Of a DNA stretch of 64,000 bases, positions 10,625 through 19,254 are shown in pieces; the stretch's first letter is position 1, and every line of letters starts with the position of its first letter. A program made the translations under genes and the position numbers. The stretch is from Candidatus Omnitrophota bacterium. Lineage in GTDB: Bacteria > Omnitrophota > Gorgyraeia > VGKH01. The notes below the pieces were generated by a model. That model saw only the letters and a program-made list of their open reading frames with translations. It searched no databases and was not told where the DNA came from. The stretch spans positions 90,850 through 154,849 of the forward strand of contig JAKLEP010000001.1 in the NCBI GenBank assembly GCA_022703055.1, read 5' to 3'.

Positions 10625-10639
10625 GAAGGGAGGAAAGTA

Positions 10640-11524
10640 ATGAAGAAGTTGGTTTTGTTTATGTTATCAGTGTTTTTTATTTCTGGCGTTGCCTTAGCCA
10701 GTGAGCTTGAATATTACAAGGTTTATAAGCCGAAAGAAGGCATGACTGCTGATGAGATTATGCAGATCAAATACCACAATAAGTACTCTTTGTTCGGTCA
10801 CGATTACAGGTTGTCAAAATGCACGATTTTTTATGTGGAGAAAAATGGGTTTACTCAGAAAAAAGAAGCCATAAGAGAAAGAATAGTTTTGGGCGGGAAA
10901 AACGGAGTATCGTACAAAGATGTTATCGTTTTGACAGAGCCAACCCAGGCGAAAGGGCTCGCAATTTTGACTTGGACATATGAAGATCCGGCAAGAGACC
11001 AGGATACTTGGCTTTGGATTCCGTCTTTGAAAAAAATACGTAAGATTTCTGCTTCGGAATCGGATGATTCTTTTATGGGTAGCGATTTTACCGTCGAAGA
11101 AGTTTCAACCCGTAAATTCGGGGATGAAACTTATAAGTTAATCGGCGAAAAGGAATTCCCCGGGTACAAATTCGAGCACACGGGTGAGGTTAAATACAAA
11201 GGGACTCCTTGTTTTGTAATTGAGGCAACTCCTACAAAATCTCCTTGGTATTATTCTAAGAGGATTGTCTGGATAGATAAGGCTACCGGCGGCAATATTT
11301 TTGATGAATATTACGATGCTAATGGCAAGCTTTTCAAGACGCTTTTTAGAGAATGGAATATATATAAACCAGGGACTAAAGATTATCCCAAACAGGATGC
11401 CTTGGAATGTAAGGACTTAAGAAGCGGGCACCGCACGGTAATCCTTAATCAAGAAGAGGCATACGATGTTGGTTTAAGTGAACGAAATTTCACAGAAAAG
11501 ATGCTAGAAAGATCTAAATGGTAA
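10640..11524 (+). CDS. LolA-like outer-membrane lipoprotein-sorting family protein (periplasmic)
   Basis: 294 aa. Signal peptide. The DQDTWLWIPSLKKIRKISASESDDSFMGSDFTVEEV block is characteristic of the LolA-like / DUF1329-related family. GGAGG RBS. Confidence 0.7.
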   Translation: MKKLVLFMLSVFFISGVALASELEYYKVYKPKEGMTADEIMQIKYHNKYSLFGHDYRLSKCTIFYVEKNGFTQKKEAIRERIVLGGKNGVSYKDVIVLTEPTQAKGLAILTWTYEDPARDQDTWLWIPSLKKIRKISASESDDSFMGSDFTVEEVSTRKFGDETYKLIGEKEFPGYKFEHTGEVKYKGTPCFVIEATPTKSPWYYSKRIVWIDKATGGNIFDEYYDANGKLFKTLFREWNIYKPGTKDYPKQDALECKDLRSGHRTVILNQEEAYDVGLSERNFTEKMLERSKW

Positions 11525-11565
11525 TATTGTATTCTTTAAAAAGAAATATAGGAGGTGATTTTCTG

Positions 11566-13011
11566 ATGAGGTTGAAAGTTTTATTAGGGCTTATTATCTC
11601 TTTTGTCATTATTGGTGTGGCCGGATTAGCTAGGGCAGAGGTAATCGGTAATTTCGTGGATAAGATCAATCCGTTTGAAAAGCTTGAGCTAGCGGGCTAT
11701 TTGAAGAATGAGACAGCTTTTGGTATAGCAAAAGAGAATGATGGATGGCAGAAATTCAAGAATGTTTTTGATTTAAAAGGAAATTACAAATTAAATGATT
11801 CGGTTGAATTCTATACTGATATCAACTATTGGTACGATTCTGTATTAGAAATTGACGATAGGTATGATAGTATCTCTAAGAAAGATAAGTCAGTATTGCG
11901 GAGGCCCGAGGATAAGTATATCCTAAAAGAGTTCTATGTGGATGTGCTGACTGACGCAGTTGACCTTAGAGCGGGGAAGCAGTATGTGGTTTGGGGTACG
12001 ACAGACGGAGTCAGGATTCTGGATTTGGTAAACCCGCTGGACCTCAGGGAGTGGACGCTAAAAGAATTTAGCGACTTAAGGATTCCTTTGTGGATGCTTA
12101 AAGCTGAAAGCAGCATCACCAAGAATGGCGGCCTGCAGCTTCTTGTGATTCCTGATTACGAACCTAATTATTATCCTCCGGCAGGAGCTCCTTTTGCTTT
12201 GCGTTCAACAGTTATAGGTGCTGAGTCAGCAGCCAGTCCTTTTGTAAGCGTCAGAACCATTGATAACAAGCCGGAAAGGACTTTAGAGGATTCCAAGATA
12301 GGATTGCGCTGGAGAGACGTTGTTGAAACAGGGATGTTCAGCGGCTTGGAGTATACATTGAATTATTTGCATACTTACGACTCAGCCGCAACTTATTATG
12401 TTTCTACAGCTCCGGGTTTTCCGGTTCCGATTAAATTAACTAGAAATGCGGAACAGATAGAGGTATGGGGTGGTTCGTTCGCAAAGTCCATTACCAAGGG
12501 TTTAGTGGGCGATTTTGGTAAAGGCTGGACTCTGCGCGGTGAATTCGCTTACATAGCTAACGGTGCCATGAACTATGGAACTGACAGAAATATCGTAAGC
12601 ACCGTTGATGTCGATCAGTATAATTACGCTTTGGGTTTTGATAAGACCTTCTTGACTAATTGGCAATTCAGCACGCAGTTTATTCAGATGATTGCCAAAT
12701 CTAAAGAAGATTTTGATGACAATAAATATACTCTTCTTTTTGGGCCGACTAGAGGCCCATTGGATGAAATCGAGAATATGATTACCTTAAAAGTTTCCAC
12801 AGATTTCATTCATGAAAGATTAAAGCCTGAGTGTTTGATTCTTTATGGAGATGATAACGACTGGCGCTTAGCCCCCAAGATCAGTTTTGAGGTTAACGAC
12901 AACTTAATTGTTGCCGCTGGGCTCAACTTTTTCTTTGGCAAAGAGACACAGATGAACGGCCAGTTCGACGACAGCGACCAGGTTTTTCTTGAGACCAAAT
13001 ACAGCTGGTAG
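11566..13011 (+). CDS. DUF1302-like outer-membrane beta-barrel protein
   Basis: I start the gene at the ATG at 11566, which has an AGGAGG RBS, rather than at the track start 11518. Signal peptide (MRLKVLLGLIISFVIIGVAGLARA), a GYLKNETAFG motif, alternating beta-strand pattern, and a C-terminal aromatic residue (KYSW). Confidence 0.65.
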   Translation: MRLKVLLGLIISFVIIGVAGLARAEVIGNFVDKINPFEKLELAGYLKNETAFGIAKENDGWQKFKNVFDLKGNYKLNDSVEFYTDINYWYDSVLEIDDRYDSISKKDKSVLRRPEDKYILKEFYVDVLTDAVDLRAGKQYVVWGTTDGVRILDLVNPLDLREWTLKEFSDLRIPLWMLKAESSITKNGGLQLLVIPDYEPNYYPPAGAPFALRSTVIGAESAASPFVSVRTIDNKPERTLEDSKIGLRWRDVVETGMFSGLEYTLNYLHTYDSAATYYVSTAPGFPVPIKLTRNAEQIEVWGGSFAKSITKGLVGDFGKGWTLRGEFAYIANGAMNYGTDRNIVSTVDVDQYNYALGFDKTFLTNWQFSTQFIQMIAKSKEDFDDNKYTLLFGPTRGPLDEIENMITLKVSTDFIHERLKPECLILYGDDNDWRLAPKISFEVNDNLIVAAGLNFFFGKETQMNGQFDDSDQVFLETKYSW

Positions 13012-13032
13012 TCTCTAGAAATTAGAAAGATT

Positions 13033-13072
13033 AAAGGGGAAGAAAGTATTTTTCTTCCCCTTTTCTTTTTTT
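13033..13072 (+). terminator. rho-independent terminator
   Basis: 13-bp stem (13033-13045 with 13051-13063: AAAGGGGAAGAAA / TTTCTTCCCCTTT), 5-nt loop, then a T-rich run to 13072. Lies directly after the DUF1302-like gene. Confidence 0.8.
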
Positions 13073-13095
13073 GTTTGCTATAATAAACCCAAGCT

Positions 13096-14943
13096 ATGGC
13101 CACCAATATCTTAGGAATCTCGGCATTTTATCATGATAGCGCGGCGGCGCTAATTAGAGACGGCGAAATCATCGCCGCCGCGCAAGAAGAGCGTTTTAGC
13201 CGCAAGAGAAATGATTCCGGGTTCCCGCGCGAAGCGATTAAATTCTGCCTGGATTACGGAAAAATCGATATTTCACGCCTAGATTACGTTGCCCTTCATG
13301 AAAACCCTTTCCTTAAATTGCATAGATTAATTAATACCTACCTTGCATATTCACCATGGGGATTAAGGTCATTTGTTATGTCTGCTCCGAGCTGGATAAA
13401 AGAGAAAATTTTCCTAAAAAGTTTGATAAAATATGAACTAAGAAGATTATCATCGCAAAAACTTGCAAATAAATTTAATGTTATCTTTATTCCTCATAAC
13501 GATTCGCATGCTGCTTCGGCTTTTTATCCTTCGCCATTCCAGTCGGCAGCGCTTTTGACTTTGGATGGCGTTGGCGAGCAGGCCACGGCAAATTACGGGA
13601 CAGGACGCGATAATAATATATCTTCACTTGGCGAATTGCGTTTTCCGCATTCGCTCGGCCTGTTATATTCCGCTTTTACTTATTACACAGGGTTTAAAGT
13701 CAATTCCGCAGAATACAAGGTAATGGGCCTTGCCCCTTATGGAGAAACTAAATACGCAGGTCTAATTTTAGATAAATTGATTGATTTGAAAGAGGACGGA
13801 TCTTTTAGATTGAATATGGATTATTTTAATTATTGCGTCGGATTCGCCATGACCAATAAAAAATTTGATAAATTATTTGGCGGGCCGCCTCGAAAACCAG
13901 AAAGTAAATTGACGCAGAAAGACATGGATTTAGCCAAATCAATCCAGGTTGTCACCGAAGAAATAATGCTGCGTATGGTAAGGCACGTGCATAAAGAAAC
14001 CGGCGAGGATAATCTCTGTCTTGCCGGAGGCGTAGCTTTAAATTGCGTGGCAAATGGCAGAATTTTAAGAGAAAGCCCGTTTAAAAATATCTGGATTCAA
14101 CCAGCTTCTGGGGATGCCGGGGCTTGCGTAGGTGCAGCCTTGGATCTTTGGTATCGATACTTAGGCAATAAAAGGAATTCCCAGAAAAACGACTCAATGA
14201 GGGCCTCGCTTTTGGGCCCGGAATTTAGCGATGAAAATATCGAAGGCTTTCTTAGAAAAGAAAAGATTGCTTATAGAAAATTCACCACAACAGACGCGTT
14301 GATCGATGTAGCTTCTGATTTAATCGCTAAAGAAAAAGTTATCGGTTGGTTTGAGGGTCGGATGGAATTCGGTTCTCGCGCCTTAGGCGCAAGAAGCATT
14401 ATCGCCGACAGCCGCTCTAAAAAAATGCAGTCAATATTGAATCTGAAGATAAAATACCGTGAGTCATTCAGGCCGTTTGCTCCGACGGTGTTGGAAGAAA
14501 AAGCGGCAGATTATTTTGAGCTTGATAGAAAAAGCCCTTACATGTTATTGGTTGCATTGGTAAAAAAAGAACGCTGCCTGGCCATGCCCAAGGATCAAAA
14601 TTTGTTGTCCTTAAAGGATAAAATCAATATCCCGCGTTCGGATATCCCGGCGGTTACCCATTTTGATTATTCCGCGCGCATCCAAACAGTTAATGCAGAA
14701 CAGAATAAGCTTTTTTATCGGCTTATCAAGAAATTTGAAGAAAAGACTGGTTTTGCAGTTGTGGTTAATACATCGTTTAACGTCCGCGGGGAACCGATCG
14801 TCCTGTCTCCGGAGGATGCATTCAGATGTTTTATGCGCACCGAAATGGATTATCTTGTGATAGGTAATTTTCTCATTGACAAACAAGAACAAAGACCTGT
14901 TGAGCACGATACTCAATGGCAGAGGGAATTTGAATTAGATTAA
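13096..14943 (+). CDS. carbamoyltransferase (NodU/CmcH family)
   Basis: 615 aa. N-terminal ILGISAFYHDSAAALIRDGEIIAAAQEERFSRKRND (ASKHA/Kae1-like domain) and a C-terminal YrdC-like carbamoyl-AMP domain (VVNTSFNVRGEPIV). Confidence 0.85.
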   Translation: MATNILGISAFYHDSAAALIRDGEIIAAAQEERFSRKRNDSGFPREAIKFCLDYGKIDISRLDYVALHENPFLKLHRLINTYLAYSPWGLRSFVMSAPSWIKEKIFLKSLIKYELRRLSSQKLANKFNVIFIPHNDSHAASAFYPSPFQSAALLTLDGVGEQATANYGTGRDNNISSLGELRFPHSLGLLYSAFTYYTGFKVNSAEYKVMGLAPYGETKYAGLILDKLIDLKEDGSFRLNMDYFNYCVGFAMTNKKFDKLFGGPPRKPESKLTQKDMDLAKSIQVVTEEIMLRMVRHVHKETGEDNLCLAGGVALNCVANGRILRESPFKNIWIQPASGDAGACVGAALDLWYRYLGNKRNSQKNDSMRASLLGPEFSDENIEGFLRKEKIAYRKFTTTDALIDVASDLIAKEKVIGWFEGRMEFGSRALGARSIIADSRSKKMQSILNLKIKYRESFRPFAPTVLEEKAADYFELDRKSPYMLLVALVKKERCLAMPKDQNLLSLKDKINIPRSDIPAVTHFDYSARIQTVNAEQNKLFYRLIKKFEEKTGFAVVVNTSFNVRGEPIVLSPEDAFRCFMRTEMDYLVIGNFLIDKQEQRPVEHDTQWQREFELD

Positions 14944-14944
14944 T

Positions 14945-15148
14945 ATGGAAAGAATATATAGAGAAGATAAATTATTATTTAAGACTATACGGTTTATCTA
15001 TGTTGCGATCTTTTTTATTGTTCTAGGCGTATTTTTTTATTTGATAATTACGCCCATAGGATTAATGATGAAATTTTTAGGCAAAGATCCTTTAGACAGA
15101 AAATGGGATAAAGAGAAGAAAAGTTATTGGATTAGGCTCGAACAATAA
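14945..15148 (+). CDS. small membrane protein, SxtJ-like
   Basis: 67 aa. One hydrophobic hairpin followed by TPIGLMMKFLGKDPLDRKWD...SYW. From memory this resembles the short SxtJ-type proteins that commonly follow NodU-type carbamoyltransferases. The ATG is 1 nt after the upstream stop. Confidence 0.5.
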   Translation: MERIYREDKLLFKTIRFIYVAIFFIVLGVFFYLIITPIGLMMKFLGKDPLDRKWDKEKKSYWIRLEQ

Positions 15149-15162
15149 TTAGCTGGCAATAA

Positions 15163-15196
15163 AATAAGGCTAACTTTTTTTGAAGTTAGCCTTATT
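15163..15196. terminator. bidirectional intrinsic terminator hairpin
   Basis: Perfect 14-bp stem (AATAAGGCTAACTT / AAGTTAGCCTTATT) with a 6-nt loop and T/A runs on both sides. Sits between the convergent SxtJ-like gene and the tRNA-Leu 3' end. Confidence 0.8.
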
Positions 15197-15206
15197 TGTC
15201 TTTTAA

Positions 15207-15289
15207 TGCTGGAGGAGGGAGTTGAACCCTCACGAGGTTGCCCTCACCAGTTTTTGAGACTGGCGTGTATGCCATTCCACCACTCCAGC
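15207..15289 (-). tRNA. tRNA-Leu (anticodon CAA)
   Basis: Manual fold of the reverse complement. Acceptor GCTGGAG/CTCCAGC, anticodon stem CCAGT/ACTGG with loop CTCAAAA, long variable arm (GAGG-GCAA-CCTC), T-arm GAGGG-TTCAACT-CCCTC, discriminator A. CCA is not encoded. Confidence 0.9.
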
Positions 15290-15297
15290 GAAAATAT

Positions 15298-15373
15298 TGG
15301 TGGAGCTGGGGGGGTTCGAACCCCCGACCCACAGACTGCCAGCCTGTTGCTCTCCCAACTGAGCTACAGCCCC
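15298..15373 (-). tRNA. tRNA-Ala (anticodon GGC)
   Basis: Manual fold. Acceptor GGGGCTG/CAGCTCC with the G3:U70 alanine identity pair, D-arm GCTC-AGTTGGGA-GAGC, anticodon loop CTGGCAG, T-arm with GGTTCGAA. CCA is encoded. 76 nt. Confidence 0.9.
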
Positions 15374-15526
15374 ATGAATTTTCTAATTAGTGGTGCGCAT
15401 CCCGAAGGACTATATAGTTTATAATTATGTCCTGAGGGACACGCCTTGATTTAACCTTAAAAATGTAAACTCAATATAACATCTAAAAAATAAATTGTCA
15501 AATAATTCATCTTATCTGGATTTGCC

Positions 15527-15556
15527 TTGACTAATAAAGATTTGATGTGTTAAAAT
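15527..15556 (+). promoter_or_regulatory. sigma70-like promoter (TTGACT, 18-nt spacer, TAAAAT) for nfo
   Basis: The -10 ends at 15556, only 7 nt before the nfo ATG at 15564, and there is no SD sequence. This suggests a leaderless or near-leaderless transcript. Confidence 0.5.
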
Positions 15557-15563
15557 CCCTTAA

Positions 15564-16406
15564 ATGCGTCTTGGCGTTCATGTATCAATAGCAGACAAGA
15601 TTTATAATTCAATCGATAGGGCAAAAGCGCTTGGTTGTAATACCATGCAGATTTTCAGCCGCAGCCCGCGTGAGTTTAGAGGCATTCCATTAAGAATTGA
15701 GGATTGCGAAGAATTCAAGCGCCGACGCAAAAAATCGGGGATAAAGCCCATTTTTATCCACATGCCTTATCTGGTTAATTTGGCAAGCCCAGATAATAAA
15801 CTTTACAGAACATCAATTAAGCTCTACATTGATAGCATAAAAGACGCGGAAGCTCTAGGCGCCGAATATATCGTTACCCACATGGGCAGCCACAAGGGTA
15901 GCGGCGAAGAAAACGGTTTGAGGCGGTTTAGCAGAGCGATAAATACCATCTTTGATAAGACTAAAGATTCAAAAGTCAGCATTTTGCTAGAAAACACATC
16001 TGGAAGCGGATTTTCTATAGGCCATAATTTTAAGCAGCAAAAAAGGGTTATTGACCAGATAGAAGATAAAAGCCGTATTGGCATCTGTTTGGACACATGT
16101 CATGCCTTTACTGCCGGCTACGACATCGCAACTAAAGAAGGATCGAAAGAGACCGTAGCTCAACTTGATGAGCAGGTGGGCTTAAAGTATCTGAAATTGA
16201 TACATCTTAATGATGCCAGGGATGATTTCGGGACTTTGCGCGACCGCCACGAGCATATCGGAAAAGGCAAGATTGGCTTGGAGGGATTTCGTAATATTGT
16301 AAATCATCCGAAATTAAAAAATGTGCCTTTTGTTTTGGAGACACCAAAGGCATCAGAAGAAGACGATAAGATGAATTTAAAGACCGTGAAGAAATTAAGG
16401 AAATAG
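15564..16406 (+). CDS. nfo: deoxyribonuclease IV (endonuclease IV)
   Basis: 280 aa. TIM-barrel AP endonuclease 2 family. Motifs GAEYIVTHMGSH, ILLENTSG, ICLDTCHAF, HLNDA and FVLETP. Confidence 0.9.
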   Translation: MRLGVHVSIADKIYNSIDRAKALGCNTMQIFSRSPREFRGIPLRIEDCEEFKRRRKKSGIKPIFIHMPYLVNLASPDNKLYRTSIKLYIDSIKDAEALGAEYIVTHMGSHKGSGEENGLRRFSRAINTIFDKTKDSKVSILLENTSGSGFSIGHNFKQQKRVIDQIEDKSRIGICLDTCHAFTAGYDIATKEGSKETVAQLDEQVGLKYLKLIHLNDARDDFGTLRDRHEHIGKGKIGLEGFRNIVNHPKLKNVPFVLETPKASEEDDKMNLKTVKKLRK

Positions 16407-18908
16407 ATGAAGTATTCTCCACAGAAAATTGAGAAAAAATGGCAGGCCTATTGGCAGAAAAATAGGATAAATCAGGCTGTTCTTTCTAAAGATAAGCCTA
16501 AGTATTATCTCTTAGAGATGTTTCCCTATCCGTCGGGAAAACTGCATATGGGCCATGTCAGAAATTACACCATCGGAGATGTCCTGGCGCGCTTCAAAAA
16601 GATGCAGGGCTATAATGTTTTGCATCCTATGGGATATGATGCTTTTGGTCAGCCTGCCGAGAACGCCGCAATAAAAAATAAAGCCGACCCTGCAAAGTGG
16701 ACCAAACAATGCATAGATTGGATGCGCGAAGAAATGCAAGAGATGGGTTTTTCCTATGATTGGGACAGAGAAGTCGCAACATACCTGCCGGAATATTACC
16801 GCTGGAACCAGTGGATATTCTTAAAGATGTTTGAGAGAGGCTTAGCCTATAAAAAAGAATCCTTGGTGAATTGGTGCCCGAGCTGCCAGACTACCCTAGC
16901 CAATGAAGAGGTCATCGACGGAGGATGCTGGCGCTGCCATTCCAAAGTCGAGCAAAAGGATTTAGAGCAGTGGTACTTAAAGATTACCGATTACTCCGAG
17001 CGTCTGCTTGAAGACTTAAAATTACTAAAATATTGGCCGAGTCGTGTCGTCACCATGCAGGAGAATTGGATCGGAAAAAGCTTCGGCGTGGAAATTTACT
17101 TTCGCCTTTGCGATAAAGGCGGCAGGCCGACTGATAGAATTATTCCTGTATTTACCACGCGCCAAGACACTATTTTCGGGGCGACCTATATCGTCCTTGC
17201 GCCAGAACACCCTTTAATAAAAGAAATAATCAGCGGCTCACCGCAAGAAAATAAAGTTTTAGAATTTATCGAAAAAGTTTCTAAAGAGACAAAAACTATC
17301 CGTACTTCCGCCGACGTGAAAAAAGAAGGCGTGTTTAGCGGAGCCTATGCAATCAATCCCGTCAACAACGAAAAAATCCCCATTTGGGTTGCAGATTATG
17401 TTTTGATGGAATATGGCACCGGTGCGATTATGGCGGTTCCCACACATGATCAAAGAGATTTCTTGTTTTCCAAAGAGCATAATCTACCCATGAGAATAGT
17501 TATTAAAGATCCTCGATCCTCGATTATCGATGCTCGAGAGATGAACGAAGCATATGAAGGCGATGGCATCCAGGTTAACTCGGCTCAATTTGACGGCGTA
17601 CACACGAGTCAATCCAAAGAGAAGATTGCCAACTGGATGGAAAAAGAGAAAATCGGAAAGAAAACCGTTAATTGGCGATTGCGCGATTGGCTGATTTCAA
17701 GACAACGTTATTGGGGGACTCCCATCCCGATTATTTATTGCGATCAATGCGGGATAGTTGGCGTTCCGGAGGAAGATTTGCCGGTTATTCTGCCGCAAAA
17801 AGTTGCGATTACCGGCAAAGGCGGCAGCCCACTATCAAAAGTGGATAAATTCATCAACTGCAAATGCCCCAAATGTAAAGGAAAAGCCCGTCGGGAAACC
17901 GACACCATGGCGACATTTTTTGATTCCTCGTGGTATTTCCTGAGATTCTGTTCACCAAAATACGCAAAAGGCGTTTTTGATAAAGAAGAGGTTGATTACT
18001 GGATGCCGGTTGATCAATATATCGGCGGGATCGAGCATGCAATATTGCATCTTTTGTATTCCCGATTTTTCACTAAATTTTTTAATGACCTCGGGCTTTT
18101 AGATTTTTCCAAAAAAGAATCTAATACTGGAAAAGACGAGCCTTTTATCCGCCTTCTCACCCAAGGCATGGTTTTAAAAGAGGGCGAGGTCATGTCTAAG
18201 TCTAAAGGAAATGTGGTTGATCCGGATACGATTATAGATAAATACGGTACCGATACGATGAGGCTCTATATTATTTTTGCCGCCCCACCGGAAGACCAGA
18301 TGGATTGGAATGAACGCGCAATCGAAGGCTCATGGCGGTTTTTGAATCGTGTCTGGAATTTGGTGGATAATTATGAATTTAAGGGAAATGTTCCGTCAGC
18401 TCAAGAAGATAAGGAATTAAAAGAGCTAAGGCAGAAAACACATTCGACAATTAAAAATGTTACCGATGATTTAGCTAAGGATTTTCATCTTAATACCGCA
18501 ATTAGCAGCATAATGGAATTGGTCAATGCTATTTATGCGGTACTTAGCAAGAATCAGTCCAACAATCAGATAGTAAAAGAGGCTGTTGAGACCGTTGTTT
18601 TGCTTCTGGCACCGTTTGTCCCGCATCTATCGGAAGAGATGTGGCAGAAAATCGGCCGAAAAGAGAGCATCTTTAAGGCATCATGGCCAAAATTCGATGC
18701 CAATGCTATAAAACAGGATGCAATCACTTTTATTATTCAGGTTAATGGAAAAGTGCGCGCCACAATGGAATTACCCGTCGATATCGACGAGGAAAAGCTT
18801 AAAGCCAGCGCTTTGGCTGATAGCAATGTTGCAAAATGGGTACAGGATAAGATGATAAAAAAGATAATTATCGTGCCCAAGAAGCTAGTTAACATCGTTG
18901 TAGGTTAG
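16407..18908 (+). CDS. leuS: leucyl-tRNA synthetase
   Basis: 833 aa. HIGH-type motif ([15 protein letters not shown]), KMSKS motif (VMSKSKGN), and a CP1 editing domain. Confidence 0.95.
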   Translation: MKYSPQKIEKKWQAYWQKNRINQAVLSKDKPKYYLLEMFPYPSGKLHMGHVRNYTIGDVLARFKKMQGYNVLHPMGYDAFGQPAENAAIKNKADPAKWTKQCIDWMREEMQEMGFSYDWDREVATYLPEYYRWNQWIFLKMFERGLAYKKESLVNWCPSCQTTLANEEVIDGGCWRCHSKVEQKDLEQWYLKITDYSERLLEDLKLLKYWPSRVVTMQENWIGKSFGVEIYFRLCDKGGRPTDRIIPVFTTRQDTIFGATYIVLAPEHPLIKEIISGSPQENKVLEFIEKVSKETKTIRTSADVKKEGVFSGAYAINPVNNEKIPIWVADYVLMEYGTGAIMAVPTHDQRDFLFSKEHNLPMRIVIKDPRSSIIDAREMNEAYEGDGIQVNSAQFDGVHTSQSKEKIANWMEKEKIGKKTVNWRLRDWLISRQRYWGTPIPIIYCDQCGIVGVPEEDLPVILPQKVAITGKGGSPLSKVDKFINCKCPKCKGKARRETDTMATFFDSSWYFLRFCSPKYAKGVFDKEEVDYWMPVDQYIGGIEHAILHLLYSRFFTKFFNDLGLLDFSKKESNTGKDEPFIRLLTQGMVLKEGEVMSKSKGNVVDPDTIIDKYGTDTMRLYIIFAAPPEDQMDWNERAIEGSWRFLNRVWNLVDNYEFKGNVPSAQEDKELKELRQKTHSTIKNVTDDLAKDFHLNTAISSIMELVNAIYAVLSKNQSNNQIVKEAVETVVLLLAPFVPHLSEEMWQKIGRKESIFKASWPKFDANAIKQDAITFIIQVNGKVRATMELPVDIDEEKLKASALADSNVAKWVQDKMIKKIIIVPKKLVNIVVG

Positions 18909-18937
18909 CTCTGTCGCCTGCCAAATAATCCTTTTCG

Positions 18938-19252
18938 TTGCTAAATTTAACTAAACAAGAAATATTGGTTTTAACTTTTGTCGGCCTTGGAGCGATTATC
19001 GGAATAGGCGTCGATTTCTATTCCAAAAAAGCACAGCCGCTTGAGGCGCCGTTATATCTGCAGATAGATATAAACAAGGCAGATAAAGAGGAGTTGGTTA
19101 AATTAAACGGAATCGGCCCGGTTTTGGCTGAACGCATCATAAAATACCGCACTAGGTTCGGTCCGTTTAAGAATAATGAAGAAATAAAAAAAGTTTACGG
19201 GATAGACGAGGCAAAATTCCAGAAACTTAAAGAATATTTAAGGGTTGATTAA
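18938..19252 (+). CDS. comEA: ComEA-type helix-hairpin-helix DNA-binding protein
   Basis: 104 aa with a TTG start. N-terminal TM helix, then DINKADKEELVKLNGIGPVLAERIIKYR (HhH). The start codon is uncertain. Confidence 0.7.
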   Translation: MLNLTKQEILVLTFVGLGAIIGIGVDFYSKKAQPLEAPLYLQIDINKADKEELVKLNGIGPVLAERIIKYRTRFGPFKNNEEIKKVYGIDEAKFQKLKEYLRVD

Positions 19253-19254
19253 GA

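Noticed and set aside
11518-11565. N-terminal extensions proposed by the ORF track (also 21754-21798, 29980-30015, 42605-42631, 52388-52417, 23225-23278)
   Set aside because: In each case a downstream ATG or TTG has a better RBS or stop-start coupling. It also yields a canonical N-terminus (signal peptide, lipobox, prepilin leader, RHH strand or S20 start) and removes overlap with the neighbouring gene.
15206-15424. 72-aa + strand ORF from the track
   Set aside because: It lies exactly antisense to the two tRNA genes (Leu-CAA 15207-15289 and Ala-GGC 15298-15373). The open frame is a by-product of tRNA sequence, and there is no RBS.
15149-15563. tRNA locus as a possible integration hotspot or genomic-island border
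   Set aside because: No integrase, direct repeat of the tRNA 3' end, or foreign-looking genes flank it. The neighbours are nfo/leuS and the carbamoyltransferase.
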